Part shown: positions 37,751-46,634 of the stretch, in pieces
Layout of the letters: each line of letters starts with the position of its first letter
How positions within the stretch are numbered: the first letter of the stretch is position 1
Assembly: GCA_023447635.1 (NCBI GenBank)
Contig: JAEXNA010000085.1
Span: 200-64,199 of the forward strand
DNA length: 64,000 nucleotides
Source: Vulcanimicrobiota bacterium
Lineage (GTDB): Bacteria > Vulcanimicrobiota > Xenobia > Xenobiales > JADMJV01
Reading direction: 5' to 3'
Position numbers and translations under genes: made by a program
The notes under the pieces: model-generated
Seen by the model: only the letters and a program-made list of their open reading frames with translations
Told to the model about the DNA's origin: nothing
The model's database searches: none

Positions 37751-38407
37751 TTAGCCTGCTGCGTCGCGCGGCCAGGAGATGTGGATATGGGTATTGTGGC
37801 CGGCGTCCCCCGGACCGAGCACCTCGGTGGCGCCCATCTCGTGGGCCAGGGCCATGAAGGATCGAAAGTCGGGATGATCCTTGCTCAGGCGCTGGCCGTT
37901 GAGGGTGTCGATGTCGAAGCTTACCCCCAGATAGTGACGGGAGCGGGCCGAGTGCGACCCGCCGGCCAGGGCGGTGATGCGGAAGGTGTAGTCTTCGGAA
38001 AAGGTCTTCAGCCCTTCGAGCAGCGGGAACGACAGGGCGACTCGGCCGCCCGGAGCGTTGCCGTAGGACGAGCGCTTAGCCTGGCGTCCCACCGCCGTGT
38101 CAGCGATGTTGGAACGCGCGTCGGCCCCGTCGTTGCGCCCGCTGACCTGAACTGGCAGCAGGTCGATACGACCTTCCTGGTGGCGAGCCCAAAGGGTCTC
38201 GCCCAACTCCTTGCGGTAGGCCTCGGTTCGCTCGGGCACAGCGGTGCTCGCGGCGGTCGCCTGGCTCGAGCCCAATTCGACCGAGTCGATCGGGTCGTGG
38301 ACGGCCCGGCTCGATTCGGACGCCCCAGGAGCGGGAGTCGTGGACGCAAGGGCGTTGGCGGCTAAGGTTCGGTTCGCTCCCGTAACGGGAGATAAGGTCA
38401 TCAACAT
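37751..38407 (-). CDS. Peptidase M15 / D-Ala-D-Ala carboxypeptidase-family-like metallohydrolase
   Basis: SARSRHYLGVSFDID (SxHxxGxAxD-like) and GHNTHIHISW (HxH) resemble the zinc ligands of the M15/VanY/hedgehog fold. The ATG has AGGAGA upstream. Ala/Ser/Thr-rich N-terminus with no signal peptide. Confidence 0.5.
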   Translation of the reverse strand: MLMTLSPVTGANRTLAANALASTTPAPGASESSRAVHDPIDSVELGSSQATAASTAVPERTEAYRKELGETLWARHQEGRIDLLPVQVSGRNDGADARSNIADTAVGRQAKRSSYGNAPGGRVALSFPLLEGLKTFSEDYTFRITALAGGSHSARSRHYLGVSFDIDTLNGQRLSKDHPDFRSFMALAHEMGATEVLGPGDAGHNTHIHISWPRDAAG

Positions 38408-38558
38408 AATCTCTCCTAATCTTAGCCTTTAGCCTAGCCGACTTGGGCTCGAAGGAAGTAAAAAAACTGTTACAGTTATGGACAGCTTGCGACCGTTCGG
38501 CAGGTTTTCTTCTTCCCTCGTTCATATCTGTCTCCAACAAACTTTCGAGGAGACGGCC

Positions 38559-39917
38559 ATGAAACTCTGGGGCGGACGCTTCAAAAAACCGACGGATCCC
38601 GTATTCGAGGCGTTTGGACGCAGTCTGGATTCCGACCGCCGGCTCGTTCATCACGACTTGCGCGCCTGTACAGCGCACGTCCTGATGCTGACAAACGGCG
38701 GGGTGATTGAGCCTGAAGACAGCGAGAAGCTGGTGGCCGCCCTGCGCTCGATCGGGGAAGAGCTCGACGCCGGGGGAGAAATTTCCGGCAACGACGAGGA
38801 CATTCACTCCTGGGTCGAGCGCCAGCTCAAAGAACGCGTCGGCGAACTGGCGTCCTCGATCCGCATCGGACGTAGCCGCAACGACCTAGTCGTGACCGAC
38901 TTCCGTCTCTACTGTATGGAAGCTTGCAAAGAGCTCTCTCTGGCGGTCAAGGAGCTGCAGGCAGCTCTTCTCACTCGGGCCGAGGCCGAGCCGACGACCA
39001 TCTTGCCCGGCTACACTCACCTTCAGCGGGCCCAGCCAGTTCTGTTGGCACACCATCTCCTGGCCCATTTCTGGGCTCTGGAGCGGGACCGTGGCCGACT
39101 GGCCCGCGCCCATCACGAGGCGGACTGCTGCGTGCTGGGAGCTGGCGCGTTAGCCGGCAGCTCCTGGCCGGTCCAGCCCGAGCAGACCGCCTCGCTGCTG
39201 GGCTTCTCCAGGGCTCTCGACAACAGCCTGGACGGGGTCAGCGACCGCGACTTCGCCCTGGAGTTCTTGTTCGCGTGCGCGACTTGCGCGACCCACCTCT
39301 CTCGCCTGGCCGAAGAGCTGGTGCTGTGGAGCACGTCCGAGTTCGCCTTCGTGCGTTTTGACGACGCCTGGTCGACCGGCTCTTCGCTGATGCCGCAGAA
39401 AAAGAACCCCGACCCGGCGGAGCTGGTCCGGGGCAAGACGGGCCTGTTCCTGGGCAACCTGATCGACCTGCTCACCAACCTCAAAGCGCTGCCGCTGGCC
39501 TATAACCGCGACCTGCAGCAAGACAAGCCGCCGGTCTTCCGCAGCCGGGAAGAGCTGGCGGCCATCCTCGCCGTGATGAAGGGAACTATTGAGACGCTCG
39601 AGTTCCAGGGCGACAAAATGGCGGCGGCGGCTGCCGACCCCGGACTACTGGTCACCGACCTTGCCGACTATCTGGTTCGCCAGGGGCTGCCGTTCTCTCG
39701 GGCCCACGAGCTGGCCGGGCGCAGCATGGGCGACCTCTCGGAGCTAGAGGAGTCCGACCAGGCGCTGATCAAGGCCGCCTGGGAAGTGCTCGACGTCGAG
39801 CGAGCGGTAGCCCTGCGAGCCCATCAGGGCGGCGCCGGTCACGACTCGGTGCAGCGCCAGGTCGAAAGGGCCAGGACCTTACTGGACGCTCCCCACCGCT
39901 GGGACCCCCAGGGGTAG
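38559..39917 (+). CDS. argH: Argininosuccinate lyase
   Basis: MKLWGGRFKK N-terminus and the fumarate-lyase signature GSSLMPQKKNPD. The ATG at 38559 is preceded by GAGGAG. Confidence 0.92.
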   Translation: MKLWGGRFKKPTDPVFEAFGRSLDSDRRLVHHDLRACTAHVLMLTNGGVIEPEDSEKLVAALRSIGEELDAGGEISGNDEDIHSWVERQLKERVGELASSIRIGRSRNDLVVTDFRLYCMEACKELSLAVKELQAALLTRAEAEPTTILPGYTHLQRAQPVLLAHHLLAHFWALERDRGRLARAHHEADCCVLGAGALAGSSWPVQPEQTASLLGFSRALDNSLDGVSDRDFALEFLFACATCATHLSRLAEELVLWSTSEFAFVRFDDAWSTGSSLMPQKKNPDPAELVRGKTGLFLGNLIDLLTNLKALPLAYNRDLQQDKPPVFRSREELAAILAVMKGTIETLEFQGDKMAAAAADPGLLVTDLADYLVRQGLPFSRAHELAGRSMGDLSELEESDQALIKAAWEVLDVERAVALRAHQGGAGHDSVQRQVERARTLLDAPHRWDPQG

Positions 39918-39922
39918 TCCTC

Positions 39923-42244
39923 TCAGCGCAAAGGCGTGACTCGGCCTCGCTCGTCGAGGTCGACCTTCCAGCCGTTCCAGCGCGGCAGGTGTTGGGCGTT
40001 CATTTTGGCCCCCTTGGGCCCGTTACGCCAGGTCAAGGTGACCTTGCCTGGGCGATAGTCGACGTCGTAGCTCACTCCGCCATACTGATAGAGACGGGGG
40101 TAAGCCTTCTTCAGCTCCTCTTCGGGGGCGGGAGGCAGCAGGTCCCGGTCGTCGAGCAGGTCCAGTTCGTCACTGCTTTCCAGCCCCAGCGTGATCAGCC
40201 GGGCCAGCAGGAGCTCTTCGCTGGTCGGAGGTGGGGGCGACCCGTCCAAGCGAGCCTCCAGGACCGCGTAGTAGGCGTGTTCTTCCCAGGCCTCCCACAG
40301 TTCTCGCTTCCAGGAGCCTTGACGGGTGAGCTGCAGCAACGCCTGGCGCAGAGAGGCGCCTGTTAATTCTTGTTCCTCGTTGCCCAACACGCGGCCGACG
40401 TGGGTCAGCGCTACCCGGGCCCAGACTTTGCCGTCGCGCCAGCGGATTTTGGACAGTTCCGGCTCGCCGTAGCCGGCCTGACGGAGCAGCGAGAGCGAGA
40501 TCGGGAGGGCCGCCGAGCCGCGTAGCTCCACCCTGAGGCCCCTCCCCATGACCGGCTCCACCCCCAGAATCGCAGCTGCCACACACTCTTCGGGGAGCTC
40601 CTCGCCGCGACGCAGACGGCACTCGACCTGCCCGTTGGCCCAGGCATCCCGAGTAGCCCGCCGTACGAAGTGGCGCTCTGGCCAGGCCTGGGCCAGAAAC
40701 AGCCCCAGTTCAGGGTGCGGCCCAGGCCGGGCCGGCTCCAACCCCGCTTCGCCCTCCCCTTGGGCCAGCAGCGCCTGCAGCTCCGAGGAGAGGCGACGCG
40801 CCTCGGAAAGCGCCTCGCCGTCCAGCCCGTGCCGGGAGGGGTCGCCCGTTCGTAAAGTGCTCAGGATTCGACGCCACGGCTCTTCGCCAAAGTCAGCTTT
40901 CCTGCGCTCTGCCTGATCCTCACTGCTGGAGGGAAGATGCAGGCTGCGACGGCCCGCGGAAAAGGCGTGCAAATCGCACAGATCGGCCCGCAGATGGGGC
41001 GGAGCCAGCGCCAGCACCCGGGCCCAGCCGGTCTCGACCGGCAGCCGCTCGGCCCGCCGTCCTAACTCGGAGGCTCGACCGTCGGCTCCCACCAGTCCCG
41101 AGCTCCTCAGCCGCTCCAGGGCCCGTTCCCAGGCGAAGGCGGGAGGAGGGTCCAGCCAGGTCAGGGGAGTTTGCAGCCCCTGGGGCAGGCCGGCCAGGAA
41201 CATCAGAAGTTCATCGAGTTCCATCCGCTCGAGGTCGGGGGCCCGATGAGGGGGGAGCTTGGCCGACGGGTCCCACATGCGAAGGCAGCGACCGGGAGCG
41301 GTGCGTCCGGCCCGGCCCGCCCGCTGGTCCGCCGAGGAAAGGGCGATCGCCACGGTACCCAGGGCTACGTAGCCCGACTGATGGACCGGCCGCTTCTCGA
41401 GCCCGCTGTCGATCACCGTGGTGATGCCCGGGACGGTCAGAGAGCTTTCCGCCACGTTGGTGGCCAATACGATACGCGGCGCGTCGTCAGAGAAGGCGCT
41501 GTCCTGGCGCTGCGAGGTAAAGGTGCCATGCAGCAGGCGCACCGGCAGGCGGGGGAGGCGTTGCTGCACCTCACGCATGCTGGCCAGCCCGGGCAGGAAA
41601 ACCAGGGTCCCTCCTTCCTTATCCCAGTGCTGCTCGATGGCTCGGGCAACGCGCTCGGTCAGCCGCTGGGCGGAAGGCGCCACCACCCCTTCTTCTCGCA
41701 GATAGCTGATCTCGACGGGAAAGGAGCGGCCAGAACTCTCGATCCGCTGAGCTCCGTAGAACTCCGCCAGGCGACCTGCCGCCAGAGTGGCCGACATCAG
41801 CACCAGGCGCTGGGGGGATGAGCCCGACGAGAGGGCCGCCATGACGGTGTCGGTTTCCCATCCGCGCTCATGGAATTCGTCAAAGATGATCGTTCCGAAG
41901 TCGTTCAGACGACCTTCGGTGAGGAACCGTCGGGCGACTCCTGGAGTGACGAAGAGCAGATCGGTGGCTTCGGAGAAGCGCTGCTCGTAGCGGATCGAAT
42001 AGCCCACCCGGCCGCCCACCGGCTCTCCCTGGCCGGTCGCCACCCAGCCGGCCAGAGTGCGGCAGGCCAGTCGACGCGGCTCGATCACCAGCACCGGGCC
42101 CAGGCCGGCCTCCCGGCACCAGACCGGGATGCGGGTCGACTTGCCGCTGCCAGTGGGAGCAGAAAGAACCAGGCGACCTCCTTCGGGAAGGCTGCCGAGA
42201 GCCTCCATCACGGCGGTCTGGGAGGCGTCGATGGGGAGAAGCAT
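39923..42244 (-). CDS. hrpB: ATP-dependent DEAH-box RNA helicase HrpB
   Basis: Motif I APTGSGKST, motif II DEFHER, SAT in MSATL, TNVAESSLTVPGI and QRAGRAGR, plus an HrpB-type C-terminal domain. I chose the ATG at 42244 (MLLPID...) because the ORF extension to 42355 overlaps the upstream gene. Confidence 0.85.
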   Translation of the reverse strand: MLLPIDASQTAVMEALGSLPEGGRLVLSAPTGSGKSTRIPVWCREAGLGPVLVIEPRRLACRTLAGWVATGQGEPVGGRVGYSIRYEQRFSEATDLLFVTPGVARRFLTEGRLNDFGTIIFDEFHERGWETDTVMAALSSGSSPQRLVLMSATLAAGRLAEFYGAQRIESSGRSFPVEISYLREEGVVAPSAQRLTERVARAIEQHWDKEGGTLVFLPGLASMREVQQRLPRLPVRLLHGTFTSQRQDSAFSDDAPRIVLATNVAESSLTVPGITTVIDSGLEKRPVHQSGYVALGTVAIALSSADQRAGRAGRTAPGRCLRMWDPSAKLPPHRAPDLERMELDELLMFLAGLPQGLQTPLTWLDPPPAFAWERALERLRSSGLVGADGRASELGRRAERLPVETGWARVLALAPPHLRADLCDLHAFSAGRRSLHLPSSSEDQAERRKADFGEEPWRRILSTLRTGDPSRHGLDGEALSEARRLSSELQALLAQGEGEAGLEPARPGPHPELGLFLAQAWPERHFVRRATRDAWANGQVECRLRRGEELPEECVAAAILGVEPVMGRGLRVELRGSAALPISLSLLRQAGYGEPELSKIRWRDGKVWARVALTHVGRVLGNEEQELTGASLRQALLQLTRQGSWKRELWEAWEEHAYYAVLEARLDGSPPPPTSEELLLARLITLGLESSDELDLLDDRDLLPPAPEEELKKAYPRLYQYGGVSYDVDYRPGKVTLTWRNGPKGAKMNAQHLPRWNGWKVDLDERGRVTPLR

Positions 42245-42302
42245 AGCCTGGGCTTTGCCCTTGCCGAGGGTCAACTCCTCCGGGCGATCCTCCGGGCGAT
42301 CC

Positions 42303-43091
42303 TCAGGGCTGGAACTGGGCCAACCAGGTGGCCATAGCGTCGACCTCGGCCGCACTCATGCTGTTCGAGGCTACGACCGGGTCGGTCGAGTCGGGATCGA
42401 ACTCGGGGTCCTGGCCCTCGATGTAGAACTCTCCCACCATCGTGGTGTAGGACAGGTCGGCCCCTTCGCTGGACCCGGCGAACGGGTCGACCGCGCCGGG
42501 GTCGCGGATCGAATCCGCGATGTAGGCGCGCCAGTCGCCTTCGGAAGGCGTGTTGTTAGGCATGCCTCGGCCTTGATAGTCCATCGTCGAGGTAGGGATG
42601 ATCGGCCCCAGCGGTACCCGATAGCGATCGGTGGGAGAGCCGGCCTGAGGCAGCGAGTGACACTGCACGCAGCCGAACTTTTCGAAGGCGGCCTGGCCCG
42701 GATCGACCACCACGTCGCAGCGAACCGTGCGGGCCGACCGCGTTCCGTGCTCGGGGTGAGTGACTGAGACTTCGACCACCGCCGTTCGAGTCGGGTCTTC
42801 TCCGGGGACCGGAGAAAGGGCGATAGAGAAGCGGTAGTCGTCCAGGGGCGAGGGGAACGGCAGATCCAGGCCGGCCTGAGCCGCCAGTTGAGGATACGGA
42901 AGGACGCGAAGTTCGGCGAGTTTGCGCCGCGTCAGGTTCTCGAGGTCGTGATTTTGGGTGGCCTGTGCGGTTTGGCGCAGGCCGGTGACGAACATCGTCA
43001 TGATAGCGGTCGAAACCACAAAGAGGATAGTGGCAGCCACGGCCAGTTCTGGCATGCTGAGCCCGTAAAGCGAACTCCGTCGGTTTCTCAT
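42303..43091 (-). CDS. Pseudopilin-like (GspI/PilV-like) protein fused to a C-terminal class I cytochrome c domain
   Basis: The N-terminus MRNRRSSLYG/LSMPELAVAATILFVVSTAIMTMFV has Gly and then Glu at +5, followed by about 20 hydrophobic residues. Beta core AVVEVSVTHPEHG..RTVRCDVVV. Haem-binding CVQCH is encoded at 42657-42671, with downstream Met/Pro-rich cytochrome c features. The ATG has GGGGGAAGAG upstream. Confidence 0.6.
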   Translation of the reverse strand: MRNRRSSLYGLSMPELAVAATILFVVSTAIMTMFVTGLRQTAQATQNHDLENLTRRKLAELRVLPYPQLAAQAGLDLPFPSPLDDYRFSIALSPVPGEDPTRTAVVEVSVTHPEHGTRSARTVRCDVVVDPGQAAFEKFGCVQCHSLPQAGSPTDRYRVPLGPIIPTSTMDYQGRGMPNNTPSEGDWRAYIADSIRDPGAVDPFAGSSEGADLSYTTMVGEFYIEGQDPEFDPDSTDPVVASNSMSAAEVDAMATWLAQFQP

Positions 43092-43111
43092 CTCTTCCCC
43101 CCGGCTGCCTT

Positions 43112-43783
43112 CTAGTTGATGCCCGGCGGCGCTTCACACGCCACGTAGCAGGTGATCGGATGGCCCAGGCTGTCGACCCACAGATCGGCCCTGGTCAAGG
43201 CGACGCCAGAACTGCTGTCGCTAAGGACCTGAAAGTCGCGAACGTTCCTGGCCAGCACCCGACCGTCTTCGGTCTCGCCATCGACCGGCGTCATGCTGGC
43301 CGCTTCGAACAGGGTTCGGCGAAGTTGACCCGGCTTGCTCGGAGGGGGAGAGTCGGCCGTGACGACGCCGTCTTCCTCGGGGTGCGGCTCGAACCAGTAG
43401 ACGGCCACCACCTCCTCGGTGACGTCGTCGTAGGTCGAGGCGGGATCCTGGCGCAGGCGAGCCACCATCAGGGGTTGGTCAGCCGTGGGGCGTAGTGCGT
43501 CGGCGGGCAGCGGGGCGTTGTCCAGGGTCACTCGCGACGAGAACCGCGCTGCCTCGATGTCCCGGGCCAGGAGATCTTCCGCCAGGGAAGCGTGGCGGAT
43601 GGCGTCGAGTTTGACCACCGCCTGCTCCTGGGTTCGCTGGGCCAGCACCAGGGCGCCGCCCACCATGCCGGTGAACAGTCCGAAGAGCGAGCCGGTGACC
43701 AGCAGTTCTATCAAGGTGACCCCGAGGGTCGAGTTTGGATATCTTCGTTCGTGATGTCTGCCGAAGCTAAAGCCTCTGATCAT
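43112..43783 (-). CDS. Prepilin-type N-terminal cleavage/methylation domain protein (GspJ/PilW-like minor pseudopilin)
   Basis: Canonical class III signal ...NSTLG/VTLIELLVTGSLFGLFTGMVGGALV with Glu at +5. 223 aa. Its ATG overlaps the 3' end of the upstream gene by 17 nt. Confidence 0.7.
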   Translation of the reverse strand: MIRGFSFGRHHERRYPNSTLGVTLIELLVTGSLFGLFTGMVGGALVLAQRTQEQAVVKLDAIRHASLAEDLLARDIEAARFSSRVTLDNAPLPADALRPTADQPLMVARLRQDPASTYDDVTEEVVAVYWFEPHPEEDGVVTADSPPPSKPGQLRRTLFEAASMTPVDGETEDGRVLARNVRDFQVLSDSSSGVALTRADLWVDSLGHPITCYVACEAPPGIN

Positions 43784-44171
43784 AACTGTTCACGGACCTC
43801 CCGTACGGAACATAGATCACTCTTTCGGCCACCACATTCCCCCGCCCGTCGAGCACACGCCCACGGGCCCAGTAGCTGTCGCCTAAATCCATCCGTTCGA
43901 CTTCCATCTCTTCCAGGTCGGGTACGACCTCGCGCGTGACCACTTCGCTGTTGGCGACCGCCGCGCCACTGTAATACCGATACTGGTAGTACTCGACGGC
44001 CGCCCGAGCCAGTGTTTGGGCCTGACGGTCGGCCTGCTGCTGGCGTTGGAAGAAGAGGTCGTGCTGGCAAAAGGTCAGGAAGCCGATCCCCAGACAGAGC
44101 AGGACCAGCGTGAGCAAGATCGAGGTCGCCAGCGCCGCGCCACGGATTGACAGACCTCGTTGGATGCTCAT
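43767..44171 (-). CDS. PilX/GspK-like minor pseudopilin (PilX_N-like N-terminus)
   Basis: MSIQRGLSIRGAALATSILLTLVLLCLGIG resembles the PilX N-terminal QRG(A/S)xL + hydrophobic helix without Glu5. It is the first gene of the three-gene set. Confidence 0.5.
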   Translation of the reverse strand: MSIQRGLSIRGAALATSILLTLVLLCLGIGFLTFCQHDLFFQRQQQADRQAQTLARAAVEYYQYRYYSGAAVANSEVVTREVVPDLEEMEVERMDLGDSYWARGRVLDGRGNVVAERVIYVPYGRSVNSYDQRL

Positions 44172-44223
44172 ATGTTGAATTTATCAGACTACGGTCGATT
44201 GACCGCATCCAGGAGGATGCCGA

Positions 44224-44901
44224 GTGACAACCCCATACGCCTCCTCATCGCTCCTTGTTCTGCTCCTGCTCTGGGGCTGCTCGAACCCCGCCGAGCCTCC
44301 GCCCGCCGCCTCGACAACCCCTGGTATCAGAGGGGTTGCGGCTTCGACTGCGGCAAAGGGCGAGGCCTCGTCGGAGGGTGGAGGTGGTCTTTTGGGAGGG
44401 GATGGGGATAGGTCGGAGGGGGCATCCCAGCCGTCCAGGGCGGAACGCGACCAGGCCTACCAGCAGGCCCGAGAGGGGTTCCCTCAAGAGTCCTCCCGAG
44501 CCCCCAACCCCAGCCAGGCCCGGCGGCAAGCCTCGCCGAAAACGCTCGAGCAGACCGCTCCGATGAGCGGACGAGACGAGGTGCTGGCTATGACCGTCAC
44601 CGCTTCCTCGCTCGAGTCGGTCCAGTCGGGTAAAGAGCTGTACGCTTCGTCCTGCGCGGCCTGTCATAAGATCGACGGTTCGCCGGAGCGAGGGACGGGC
44701 AATCTGGCGGCCTACAACATGGCCAACCTTTCCGACCCGCTACGCTATAAATATGGGGCCGACGCTCGAGGGGTGTTTCGCTCCATCGCCTTCGGGGTGC
44801 CGGCGCCGCCTCACGGGATCTATAAGAAGCGGCTCAGCGACGCGCAGATCTGGAACCTGACCAACTTCGTCCTCTCCCTGCAGAAGCCGGCCGAGAGCTA
44901 A
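44224..44901 (+). CDS. Lipoprotein monohaem class I cytochrome c with low-complexity linker
   Basis: Lipobox LLLWGC. Pro/Ala/Ser/Gly/Glu-rich linker of about 100 aa. Haem site CAACH is encoded at 44653-44667. The GTG start lies 7 nt after AGGAGG. Confidence 0.7.
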   Translation: MTTPYASSSLLVLLLLWGCSNPAEPPPAASTTPGIRGVAASTAAKGEASSEGGGGLLGGDGDRSEGASQPSRAERDQAYQQAREGFPQESSRAPNPSQARRQASPKTLEQTAPMSGRDEVLAMTVTASSLESVQSGKELYASSCAACHKIDGSPERGTGNLAAYNMANLSDPLRYKYGADARGVFRSIAFGVPAPPHGIYKKRLSDAQIWNLTNFVLSLQKPAES

Positions 44902-45329
44902 GCGGTGGCCGAGCCGCCAAAGAGGCGGCGGAAGAACCCCACGGGCGACGGCCTGGCCTCCTCGGCAGGGGTCGGCTGGCCCTCTGTGGCGGCCAGGTAC
45001 TGACGGATCTTGGTCAACTCGCCGTCATCGAGCCACATCCCGTGGTCTCGACACATGTCGACCAGCACACCGCTGTCGACCATGTAGACGTGGCGCTTCA
45101 TGCGCAGGGAGCAGTCGGGGCACTTGATGGTGTGCTCCAAGGCGACGCCAGGAGTGTCGCACTGCAGGGTCGGCTCGATATCCGAGCTTTCCAGTTGAAG
45201 GTCGGAGAGGCGCAGCACTTTGTCGAACTGATCGAAGCCGAACCAGCAGCCTTCGCAGCGCGAGCAGAGACTGCCCAGCGGGGTCGGGTTCAGGGTTTGG
45301 GCACAGCGAGGGCATTCGGATTGCGGCAT
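44898..45329 (-). CDS. Zinc-ribbon protein (zf-TFIIB / PF13453-like, two modules)
   Basis: Two modules: CPRC...CSRCEGCWFGFDQF and CPDC...VDMCRDHGMWLDDGEL. Confidence 0.55.
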   Translation of the reverse strand: MPQSECPRCAQTLNPTPLGSLCSRCEGCWFGFDQFDKVLRLSDLQLESSDIEPTLQCDTPGVALEHTIKCPDCSLRMKRHVYMVDSGVLVDMCRDHGMWLDDGELTKIRQYLAATEGQPTPAEEARPSPVGFFRRLFGGSATA

Positions 45330-45442
45330 AGGCTAGCATTCTCCATCGACGGCAGGGCCCCTCGCCGCTGCTTCGGAGGCAGGGAAAGTCCCGCCGTGGC
45401 GTCCAAGGGGTGGGGACAAAGATTTGACAAGAGAGGCCTCCC

Positions 45443-46624
45443 GTGACCGATATCCTTCATCCTCGCTCGGACTTCTACATGCTAGAGTCGACCCTGACCC
45501 CCCAGCAGCAGGACCGCCTGCGCCAGGTGCGCGCTTTTATGCGCGAGCGCGTGCAGCCGATCATCAACGAGTTCTGGACCCGAGAAGAGTTTCCTCACGC
45601 TCTGATCCCGGATATGGCTGAGCTCGAAATTGCTGGTAACCCCTACCAGGGCTACGGCTGCCCCGGCGAAAGCTGGCTATTCGACGGCTTCCTAACCCAG
45701 GAACTGGCCCGCATCGACTGCTCTATCGCGACCTTCTTTGGGGTTCACAGCGGTCTGGCCATGGGTTCGATCTATCTGTGCGGTAGCGATGAGCAGAAGG
45801 ACCGCTGGCTACCGAAGATGCGCAAGATGGAGCTGATCGGTGCCTTCGGTCTGACCGAGCCCGACCACGGTTCGGACGTTTCCAAGGGGCTCGAGACGAC
45901 CGCCAAGCGGGACGGCGACAGCTGGATCCTCAACGGGATGAAGAAGTGGATCGGTAACGCGACCTTCGCCGACGTCACCGTGATCTGGGCCCGCGACGTG
46001 GACGACGGCCAGGTCAAGGGGTTCCTGGTCGAACGCGGCACCCCCGGCTTCGAGCCGCGCAAGATGACGGGCAAGATGGCGCTGCGGGTGGTCCAGAACG
46101 CCGAGATCTCCCTGCAAGACTGCCGTGTGCCCGAGAGCAACCGACTGCAGCGCGCCAAAAGCTTCGCCGACACGGCCAAAGTGCTGCGTATGACCCGGGC
46201 CGGTGTGGCCTGGCAGGCCGTCGGTAACATGGCAGGTGCCTACGAGCTGACTCTGGACTACACCAAGAACCGCAAGCAGTTCAACCGCCCTATCGCCGGC
46301 TTCCAACTGGTGCAGGACCGCCTGGCTCTGATGCTGGCCAATATCACTTCGTCGCAGACTCTGGTCTACCGCCTGTCGCAGATGCAGGACGCCGGCCAGT
46401 TCAACGAAGAGCACGCCTCGCTGGCCAAGATGGTCTGCACGGTGAAGATGCGCGAAACGGTCGGTCTGGCCCGCGAACTGCTGGGCGGCAACGGTATCTT
46501 GCTCGACCATCACGTGGGCCGCTTCGTGGCCGACGCCGAAGCGATTTACTCCTATGAGGGGACTCGTGAAGTGAACGCCCTGATCGTGGGCCGCGCGGTC
46601 ACCGGCCTGGGCGCTTTCGTTTAA
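45443..46624 (+). CDS. Acyl-CoA dehydrogenase, glutaryl-CoA dehydrogenase-like
   Basis: Acyl-CoA dehydrogenase signatures FGLTEPDHGSD and IYSYEGTREVNALI, with overall GCDH-like N-terminus and length. The GTG start lies 7 nt after GAGAGG. Confidence 0.85.
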   Translation: MTDILHPRSDFYMLESTLTPQQQDRLRQVRAFMRERVQPIINEFWTREEFPHALIPDMAELEIAGNPYQGYGCPGESWLFDGFLTQELARIDCSIATFFGVHSGLAMGSIYLCGSDEQKDRWLPKMRKMELIGAFGLTEPDHGSDVSKGLETTAKRDGDSWILNGMKKWIGNATFADVTVIWARDVDDGQVKGFLVERGTPGFEPRKMTGKMALRVVQNAEISLQDCRVPESNRLQRAKSFADTAKVLRMTRAGVAWQAVGNMAGAYELTLDYTKNRKQFNRPIAGFQLVQDRLALMLANITSSQTLVYRLSQMQDAGQFNEEHASLAKMVCTVKMRETVGLARELLGGNGILLDHHVGRFVADAEAIYSYEGTREVNALIVGRAVTGLGAFV

Positions 46625-46634
46625 AACGGGGCGG

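Noticed and set aside
42278-42301. A perfect tandem duplication of the 12-mer CTCCGGGCGATC. On the minus strand it reads GAGGATCGCCCG twice, which produces the PEDRPEDRPEE stretch in the extended hrpB ORF.
   Set aside because: There are only two copies, and they lie in the 58-nt spacer between the pseudopilin-cytochrome stop and the preferred hrpB ATG. It is most likely a slippage duplication without a demonstrable function.
45424-45429. A perfect TTGACA hexamer just upstream of the acyl-CoA dehydrogenase start, as a promoter.
   Set aside because: The corresponding -10 position would fall at or inside the GTG start codon region (CCGATA, a poor match). The conserved N-terminal homology supports the GTG at 45443, so the hexamer is probably fortuitous.
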